Shown here one piece after another: positions 52,900 to 64,000 of a DNA stretch of 64,000 nucleotides (positions are counted from its first letter, which is position 1; each line of letters starts with the position of its first letter). The stretch is taken from NCBI GenBank assembly GCA_951406725.2, contig OX597814.1, positions 117,552,001-117,616,000 on the forward strand. Reading direction: 5' to 3'. Below the pieces are notes generated by a model. The model saw only the letters and a list, made by a program, of their open reading frames with translations, did not search any database and was not told where the DNA came from. The stretch is from Octopus vulgaris (Eukaryota). The position numbers and the translations under genes are program-made.

Positions 52900-53790
52900 T
52901 AGGTTATTTGTCGCCTTCCATAACACACATATGGTATAGCGATTTTACGGCAAGCAAGATTCTCCTATTAATCTCAAACTCCTGCAAAAGCTGCCAGAAA
53001 GTGTCCCTCGGCATAGTCATATTCTTTAAGTAATCCCCAAAACAGCTTCCACTTCTTGGCACTCTAAGGGTAATATTTACCCTTAGATGCGTCTTATGTC
53101 CATTACATATTTCATGATTAAATTTGTTAGCAACAAATCTTTCTTTCTTTCTTTCATTTCTGTCTTTCTTTCTTTCTTTCTTTCTTTTTTCCTTCTTTCT
53201 TCCTTTCTTTCTTTCTCTCTCTCTCTCAATCTCTCTCTCTCTCTCCAAAGTATGATATTCTATATAGAGAGAAGAACCCCGGCGTGTCGTTAATGGTAAG
53301 TATGGTGAAAAGTTCCTTGTTAACAAGGGGGCTGATGGCTGGTAGAATACGTTCGTTGACCGATCTGAAGTCAGTGGAAGGTTCTGTGGCTTAGCCTTCG
53401 AAACTTTCACAGCCTAGCTGCAACTTTATTGACTCTCTATGCATGCGCAAAGGAGGAGTCTTATCTCCAAGCCTAGATTCTTAGGTCTCTTTCTTTCATT
53501 GGATGGTATCTTTAATTCTCCGGTTAAAACAGAGGTTCTCTTACCGACAGACGCCAAACCGAGCCAATTGTGCTACAGTATTGAACAGCCGAAGAGAGAA
53601 CTGCCAAGCAAAAAAATCTCCACTTCTTTTCGGTGTCATTATCTTGTTCAGGAAGGCGTCTCAATATGGACGCTGTAATGCCTGCATGTATGTTTCTGAT
53701 CTCATCATCAATGAATGCTTCCCGCTTTATCTTTTGTGAGTCGCACTAGACATAATAGTTTTCATTTCTCCCTGTTGTAGATAGTCGCAG
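52900..53790 (-). pseudogene. Decayed RTE-like LINE (linker and RT start), interrupted by (GAAA)n/(GA)n
   Basis: CFGDYLK...PRDTFWQLLQEFEINRRILLAVKSLY resembles CFVD..KAYD.VPR..LW..L.E.G...LL.AVKSLY. Confidence 0.6.
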
Positions 53791-53930
53791 GGTGCAGACT
53801 GGCGGGTGGAGATCAGTTGATGCTTCGACTGTTCCCTTGATGATAATATGAAAATTTATTTCTTAAATATTCATTTCAGCAATTACAATCAAAAACACAG
53901 AAGTCTCTCTTTCTCTCCCACTCTCTGTCA

Positions 53931-53995
<65 letters not shown>

Positions 53996-54221
53996 AAAAC
54001 TTGTGTAGATATTTCCCTGAAGGATTCTTGCTCATGAAGGAAATTATAAAATGACAAGACGAAGCAAGTAGAGTAATAAGTGTTTGTACACTAATGTTTC
54101 GTTTATTTTAGGTGGTAGGTTTAGTAATGTTAATGTGCACTTGTATTTATTGAAAGTTCATTTTCAGATACATATCATGGAAATATGGTAATTATTAATA
54201 CATTTCACTACATACACTTTA

Positions 54222-54430
54222 CTGTCTCTTTTACTCTTTTACTTGTTTCAGTCATGTGAATGTGGCCATGCTGGAGCACCGCCTTTAATGGAGCAAATAA
54301 CCTCAGGACTTATTCTTTGTAAGCCTAGTACTTATTCTATCGGTCTCTTTTGCCGAACAGCTAAGTTACGGGGATGCAAACACATGAGCATCGGTTGTCA
54401 AGCGATTTTGGTGGGACAAACTAACACACA
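54222..54430 (-). mobile_element. 3' half of SINE family B
   Basis: ctcttttactcttttacttgtttcagtca... matches the tail of 21697-22083. Confidence 0.85.
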
Positions 54431-54471
54431 AACATACACACACATACCGACACACAGACACAGACACACAT

Positions 54472-54586
<115 letters not shown>

Positions 54587-56044
54587 TATATACATCGTTA
54601 ATATCGACATGGAATAACCAATATCAGCGGCGTGAATGAATGCCGGAGGAAAGAAATTTGGTCTTCAGACGATTGGCATGAAGTCCAAAAATTGTGAGTG
54701 TTTTGATAATATTATTGGAGTCCACTTCATGTAAGGCGCAATACTTTAAAAATAGTTTCTCGTTTCATGCAACAAACTGTTTTAAATTGCCTATAAAACA
54801 CAGGCCCTGGAGAGACGTTCTTTTTTAATTCATGTAGACAATGGATATAGTATTCACTCAAAATGATAATTTGAGCTACCCTGCATTATACATATATTGA
54901 TATTAGTATCCTATAATAATCAATAAATAAAACAAACAACTTTTTCAACCTGTTTTATGTAAAATAACCGAGGACGTCGAAAATGAATTTTAACATAAAA
55001 GTCAGATGAGTTATGCAAAAAGAATTTTGAAATTTAACGCTGCATTGTATCTGTTCAGTGCAGACATCCTAAAACGAATATCTGCAGTTCGTAAAATTTA
55101 TTTGCAAACGGAGTTTTTAACGTATGCCAAAAGAATCTATTTTCCAACCAGTCGAAAAAAAAAAGTAGCGTGATATCAAACAATAGAGATATTTCATCAG
55201 TTTTGCGTCTCAACCTCTCTGTTCTACTACTACAAAAATTTAAACAAAATAAAAGTGATATATTTAAAAAAAAAGCAGTTAAGCAGTAAACGTGATTTAA
55301 CTTCCAAAAAAGTTCTGAAATAGGGCAGAATACTCGATTTGCCAGGGGCATACATCTTGTTCTATAGATCACACATTACTTGAGTGTATAAAAACGATTT
55401 AATGGCTGTTTAACATCATTATTTTACTATTATTTTAATTATTGAAGCTCACGAACATCTCCCTTTGTTCAATAAGTGTGGTTACAGAGAAGAAAGAATA
55501 CCAAGTATTACAAAAGTTTTAGTTGATAATCAAAGGATATATTTGAGTTTCCAGAAACTGCGATAGAAAAACACGGATAAAAATAACGTATTCATTTGAA
55601 CAAAGGAATGCAATGCTGCGTACATAGGTAAGTGTGAAATTACATTGGCCATGTTAAAAGAACAAAAACGGTCGATAGGTCGATATCATGTAAGTTAAAG
55701 TAATATTACTTAACTTCTTTATTTCCATAGAAATGATTGAAAACTAACAAAACTCTATTGATCAAAGTCCATTATAGATATCGTTTAGCCGTCGGCTTAG
55801 TGTGCAGAATCTAATCACTTATAGAGAAGGTACGATAAATTCAGTTGACTGAAAATGTGATGGATGTATTCTATGATTGCAACACCCAAAGCATTTTCAA
55901 TCCAGTTAAATCTATCAGGCCCTCTCTCTGTCTAACCAACCACTTCTTACATTTAATACACACACACACAGAGTAAGAGAGACTCTCATGTATGTGTATA
56001 AATATTGTATCTCTACGCATTTGTGCAAATGTGCATGTATATAT

Positions 56045-56106
<62 letters not shown>

Positions 56107-56365
56107 TATATTTATATGTATATATATGTATGTATATATATATATATGTATATGTATGTATATATATAATATTATATGCATACTCACACACACATATATT
56201 ATATATGTATATATATATATACATGCACGCGTCGGTTTATGCGTATATATATACATACATCTCTTTCTGTATATATATATACACACGCATTTGCACACAC
56301 ACAAAAAATTAATATAGATAGCCGTGTGCAATGTGTTACCAAGAAGAAAAACTCTAATTGGCATT

Positions 56366-56518
56366 AACTCTTGCTGCACTTTGTGCTGGCGAAGTGTGTG
56401 CTGCATTCGTTCAGAGGAGTGTTGCATAGTAGTTTGTGTAAATTATAAATAAACCATTTCATCGTAATCATGGTAATCTGTGCAACGTTCAATATGTTTC
56501 AGGAGAGAAATTAAGAGA
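56366..56518 (+). repeat. 153-bp direct repeat, copy 1
   Basis: 3 mismatches to 59173-59325. Confidence 0.9.
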
Positions 56519-56636
56519 ATACCTACCTTGCCAGAAATAAGGGATAAAAAGTTCTAATGCTGTAGGTAAAGCACATAATTGTATACATAAATACTGACAG
56601 GAATTGCCATCGCCTAAAAATACCGGTTGAGAAATT

Positions 56637-56688
56637 CCCTATACCGAAAGGTCAGTTTCGGTCATATTCTGTGGCCTCATCAGTAGAG
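56637..56688 (-). ncRNA. Type I hammerhead ribozyme with a full (non-palindromic) stem III
   Basis: ctcta-CTGATGA-ggccacagaatatgacc-GAAA-ctgacctttcg-GTA-taggg. Stems I and III pair; stem II has one mismatch. Confidence 0.75.
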
Positions 56689-57398
56689 ACCGCTCGATTC
56701 GGCTGGATCCGGTTTTACTTCTGTCACTCCATATGTGTATACAAAAACATTGATATAGACAGTCATGTGCAATGGGTTACAAAAAGATAACTATAACTGT
56801 AACCTACAGAGTGCCGGCGCACCTATATTGCTAGAATAAGCGTTAAAATCTCTTAATGCTGTACGAAGAACACACTATGTCAACATTGAAAGGGGAGGTA
56901 ACTGCCTTGTGACGGTCACTAAAATCACGAAGCTAAATTATGTTTGATATTTTGTAGGCGTCAGTAGTACTGACTACTCAAACAGTAGATGGTTTGGGTA
57001 ACACCAGCAGCTAGTATGTCTGATTTTAACGTAGAAACATATGGTTTATTTAGCAAAAGGCTAATACCTATATTAAAGTTTCTGGAGACTGGACGAGGTG
57101 GAGCAGAACACTTTCGTCACTCGGAGCGCATTTCGGGTAAATCCGTCTGACTACAGTTCCATACCTGTACAGTTTATCTCGAAATGGAAGCATACCCCTG
57201 CAGTAGCACTGCCTGGCAAAGGACATCTGGAAATTTTCCATGATAGTTACCAACCCGTAAGATCTTATCGGCGACCAATTTCAGGCCTAGAATGTCGTCG
57301 CACTTCCCCGCCACTAATCCTCTATAAATTCCTAAAACGAAACGTCCACTGATCCCATTGCACGACTGGTAGAGGGCTGCGAGCTCCTGATCCCATTC

Positions 57399-59050
<1,652 letters not shown>

Positions 59051-59172
59051 TGTCTGCTGCTGCTATCTTAAGTTAACAGGTGATATGAGTTTGCATCTTA
59101 ACCTATGCACTTTAAAGTTCGTCACCACTATTATTCTGCGATGTCTGATCGGTTCAAGTAAGTTTCTATTCC

Positions 59173-59325
59173 AACTCTTGCTGTACTTTGTGCTGGCGAA
59201 GTGTGTGCTGCATTCGTTCAGAGGAGTGTTGCATAGTAGTTTGTGTAAATTATAAATAAACAATTTCATTGTAATCATGGTAATCTGTGCAACGTTCAAT
59301 ATGTTTCAGGAGAGAAATTAAGAGA
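59173..59325 (+). repeat. 153-bp direct repeat, copy 2
   Basis: See 56366-56518. Its end forms a small hairpin attaagag...ctcttaat. Confidence 0.9.
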
Positions 59326-59468
59326 TGGGTCCCTCTTAATAGCCTTTACTTTTTGACAGAGCTCCGCCAATGGACATGTGTTGGTGACACATTCATATTA
59401 TAATGATTATTGATGTATAAGCGAGAGACCTAGAAAAAACAACAATGTGCATATATATATATATATAT

Positions 59469-59516
<48 letters not shown>

Positions 59517-59879
59517 TGGGGGGATTTGTATAGATACGGTTGGACATGTGATCAAAATACTCCTCGGTTATGCTGGTATCGTATAGTTGCTAGATACATA
59601 GAAGTAACATTATTCAGCAGTCTTAATTGCATCACGTGTTTTCACTGCACTACCGAGCGAAGCTATGTAACCCTTGGATACGTGCAGTGATTTGTTGCGA
59701 TGTTCTTATTTTTACTATATTTAAAGTGTTTTTACGTAGGATATGTGCGGTGCCTATTATGCTATTTTCTGTATGTTATATATATACTATTTTCTGTATG
59801 TTATATATATGCTACTTTGTCTTGATGTTTTTGCTATGTATTTATCTGAATAATTTTTATCATACCTAATACGCCTACT

Positions 59880-60430
59880 ATATATTAAGAATTGTTTCTG
59901 CGTTGAGACTCCATATTTGAGTTACCTCTATTTTCAAATCTTTGTATTTTGAAAGTTTCATCATTTCTTTCAGAGAAATATTGTCATATATTAGTATTTA
60001 TACATCGATCACAAAACATTTTTTCTGACAACTGTATCCGGCATATTAACCGTAATTTCTCTACCTGGGTGTATTGGCATATCCCAAAGTACGCTTGCTT
60101 TCTCATTTTGTGACCTTTCCTTGCGTGTGCCTATACATCTTTTTGCTTCCACTGTATATAATTCCCAACTCTGTTGTGGGTGAATTAATTCTTTTTTAGT
60201 CAGGACTGGGCGGCTACAGACAATATAATTTATTGATTCATCACGATCCCCACATATTCTGCAATTACTTGTATTTATTTTCATTCCATATTATTGGTGT
60301 GGAGACTTTGGTCTTGAGCTGCAATTAAAATCCTTTGGTCTCATCCTTGCTTGTGAAATAGGCATTTTTGTAGCCTTATGTTGTTAATCTGGTAATAGTT
60401 TTCTACCTGTATAAGGCCTCTGCACCTATT
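59880..60430 (-). pseudogene. Decayed 5'-truncated R4/Dong fragment downstream of (TAA)n/(TGA)n
   Basis: LIAAQDQSL, CRICGDRDESINYIVCS, VLWDMPIH...NMPDTVV, homologous to ORF 1006-2424. Confidence 0.8.
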
Positions 60431-60437
60431 ATTACTG

Positions 60438-60486
<49 letters not shown>

Positions 60487-60506
60487 CATCATCATCATCA
60501 TCATCA

Positions 60507-60537
<31 letters not shown>

Positions 60538-61996
60538 CATTATTATTATTATCATTATCATTAATGATAATGATACAAATAATAACGATAATCATAATAA
60601 TAATATCAATAAAGTCGATGCAACAACCAGTAGTAGCTGCAGCAGAAACACCTGTTGGTCATTTTAATATGTTTATAAATATAAAATAAATTTCTTTAAT
60701 ATACAACTTTGCATACTCTTTATTATTAATAATATATACTGTAGACACTGTTTACCGTCTAGCGAAGCGTACACAGAATCACCCATCGAATCTATTCTGA
60801 GGGTGACTAACAAAAAATTGTAGTAGCAGACGTTAAATATTTATCGTTGTGGTTAGTCGTTTATTGGAAATGAATTGATAACTAATACGGTATCCGCGCG
60901 GATTATACATACACAGATACACACACACAGCACACATATACATCACACACACACGTACCCGCACACGTACACACATCATACACACCACACACACATAACA
61001 TACATATCACATACACATCACACACATAATATACACATGAAACACATATCACTCGCGTGTACATACATACCACATGCGAACACAAGCTCACATACACGCA
61101 CGCACACACACACACAAATACTTATACAGGAGACTTAAACTTCTTTATAGACTGAAAATTCTTGTATATGCATATTTTTCGCAACCAAAGAATACTAAAT
61201 AGAAAAGCTGAGCGTGAAAAGAGCTTACAGTGACATTACAATGAATAAAACAGAGAGTGATATTTTTTTCTCGAATGAAGACACAGAAAATGTCGAAGTT
61301 TATTTTCGTATCGGAAAGAACAGTGTTGCAAAAAAAAATAAATAAATAAGAATAATAAAAAGATAACATAAACTGAAATGTAAATATTTGGAGATATAGA
61401 AATCTCGTCACCCATATTTCAATATTTGGACAGTATATTACGATACATTCCTATGAATATATATCTATTTTTATGTCTTCAGGTGAATATATCAAATAGG
61501 CAGTGTAAAATATTTCACCTCATTTTAAATTATTCTGAAAAAATGGACGATTGATACGACAAAAGCGAGAATGCCAAAAACATTGCTATGTACCAGTGAG
61601 TATAAAATAAATTTACGAAACATAATTCCAACGATCAAAGCCGTAAGCAGAAATAATATTAAAATTCAACTCATATAATTTTGGTATTGAAAGTAAAATT
61701 GAAAAACTAAATTTCCTTTGCTTATCCCACAATAACTTGTGTTTTAATAACATACTGCACAAGATTACAGATAGACTAAGTATGCAAAAATATACAGTGG
61801 CTGTTTTTAGTATCTTTATGCTAAAATAACACCGACTGAATTTTAAGTAACCGTTGTGATAGAAACCCTGTTAAACATATGAACATATGAATTCAATATG
61901 TGAAACACTACCATTTTGTAAAGGACTTCCTATACCCGAAATGATATCAACCCTACACTGTCTCTTTCACCTTTCACCTCACTCCTATCTCTCTCT

Positions 61997-62066
<70 letters not shown>

Positions 62067-62142
62067 GTGTGTGTGTGTGTGTGTATAAATATTATAAATG
62101 AAAGACATATATACATATATATATACATGTGTATATTACGCT

Positions 62143-62490
62143 TTTTACTCTTTTACTCTTTTACTTGTTTCAGTAATTTGACTGTGGCAATGCTGGAGCA
62201 CCGCTTTTAGTCGAGCAAATCGACCCCAGTACTTATTCTTTGTTGGCCTAGTACTTAATCTGTCGGTCTCCTTTTGCCGAACCGCTAAGTTACGGGGACG
62301 TAGCACACCAGCATCGGTTGTCAAGCTGTTGGGGTGGGGAGTACAAACACAGACACACAAACACATACAAACACATACATATATATACATATATACGACG
62401 GGCTTCTTTCAGTTTCCGTCTACCATATCCACTCACAAGGCTTTGGTCGGCCCGAGGATATATTAGAAGACACTTGCCCAAGGTGCCACG
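62143..62490 (-). mobile_element. SINE family B with clipped head
   Basis: Reverse complement of ~21755-22083. Confidence 0.9.
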
Positions 62491-62494
62491 CAAT

Positions 62495-63590
62495 TTGTTG
62501 CATCGTCCGTGAATTTATAGAGTGGAAGAATTCTGTAGTTGGGTTTTCGTTAGTGGTGCAATTGTCGATGTATTTGCTAAATGCTATTTTCCTGTATTCT
62601 CGAATTTTAATCTAGCATCTATCTAGGGTCATCCTATGGCGTAGCCTGTGTTTGGTCTGGCCTATGTATTGTTTTCGATGCTCCGAGCAAGTTAATACAT
62701 AGATTATATTTTCCGAAGCACATATGAAGTTGGTTTACATTGGAAAACGTTGACTTTATTTAAAGAACTATGATCCCTAAATTCGGTTGACATTTAGGTC
62801 TTCCGCATTTTTTCACTGGCGGTTTCAATGTTGCTGCCGAGTGTACTTGAGCTTGTGTAAGGAGACTTTTCATTGACTTGGGTGGTCCTTTGCTCCTTAT
62901 GATGCTGGACGTTTGGAGGATTAAATTCTTTCTGTGATCTCTTTTTAGAATAGGAATGTTCTGAAGAATGGTGTCGAAGGCTTCACTGTTAAGGAGGTTG
63001 TGTTTGGAGATGGATGGTAGGGGTTTGGTTGTAAATCCTTCTTTAGTTTGGGATGTCCGAATTCATGGATGCTGGGTATAGAGCATGCTGAAAGCCTATA
63101 CCAATTAGTGATGGAGGGTGGTTCCTGCTGATGAGCTTACCCTTTAGTTCATGTAGTCCTGGTGGAATGGGGGTCCACATTTTTGGAGGAAAAATTCATA
63201 TAGGATAGATTCAAAGAAACCTATTATTAGGTTTGCAAGACCAGGCACTACTTTTGTTCCCATCGCAATACCGCATCTTTTGCCGGTAATATGTTTCATC
63301 GAATAGGAAGTCATTGCATTGTAGGAAGAACTTCAGATATTCAACGACAAAAGTCTGGTTCATGCAGTCCGGGCGAACTTCGGGGGTATTTTTCTAACCG
63401 GAATCGTATTGCCTCTATTCCGTAGTCGTGTGGAATGTTAGTGTAGAGGTTGATGACATCGACGGAGACTAATTGTGCTTCCTCGTTGGTGGTTTTCGGT
63501 AGATGCTCTAGCATATCCAAATCGTCTCTAATTATACTTTTAATGTATCTGAGGAAAGGTTTCAATAGTATATCCAGGAAATTGCTTTGG
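62495..63590 (-). pseudogene. Decayed PLE ORF: reverse transcriptase, Cys-rich linker and GIY-YIG
   Basis: IRDDLDMLEHLP...LVSVDVINLYTNIPHDYGIEAI (PLE RT), FDETYYRQ..AMGTK, KKCGRPKC, NIIYVLTCSEHRKQYIGQTKHRLRHRMT; multiple deletions. Confidence 0.85.
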
Positions 63591-64000
63591 GGTATGTTTC
63601 ACAGGTTGGGCCCTCTTTAATCGAGCTTAATTTTAAGTCTTCTTGTGTTGGGGTGTTGACAGATGCGCAAGAAATGAAACACCAAATTTCCATATTTTTC
63701 CATCATACCAATGCAAATATTCAATCTCCTTACAAGAACGCCCAAAGAAAACCTGTTCATACAAAAGCACAGAACACACTTTAATATACAAACTTGACCG
63801 CCTGATCCTTACACGCTGCTATTTCAAAATCAAATTTATTTACCCCTATTCAATAACACTGAGGCTGTAGTTGCCCCCCTTGCCACCTATTGACGGCCTT
63901 TATTCACTCTCTTCATTCATTCTTACTTTTCAAGTTATCGGAAATGGCGTGATTTATTTGACTTAAGTAATGATTGCTTCATAATATCCCTTGGAAAGGT

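Overview
AT-rich, microsatellite-dense eukaryotic non-coding DNA. The SINE repertoire and repeat landscape suggest an octopus or other coleoid genome (inference). No complete host gene is visible, and most ORFs in the track are microsatellite artefacts. The window is a retroelement graveyard: a young 5'-truncated R4/Dong-type LINE in (TAA)n, older Dong, HERO, RTE and CR1-like fragments, several tRNA-derived SINE families, and mariner/Tc1 fossils. The most striking signal is a dense set of Penelope-like element (PLE) derivatives, mostly next to (TA)n tracts. About ten hammerhead-ribozyme (HHR) motifs are present (CUGANGA...GAAA...NUH, usually with a palindromic stem III). Many sit in fold-back (inverted-repeat) structures from ~180 bp up to a 3.9-kb near-perfect inverted repeat with an intact HHR at each outer end. 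One element joins a tRNA-derived Pol III head to an HHR-bearing PLE-like tail plus an inverted copy of that tail, i.e. a candidate Penelope-mobilised ribozyme SINE. All alignments and foldings were done by eye, so coordinates of decayed elements are approximate.
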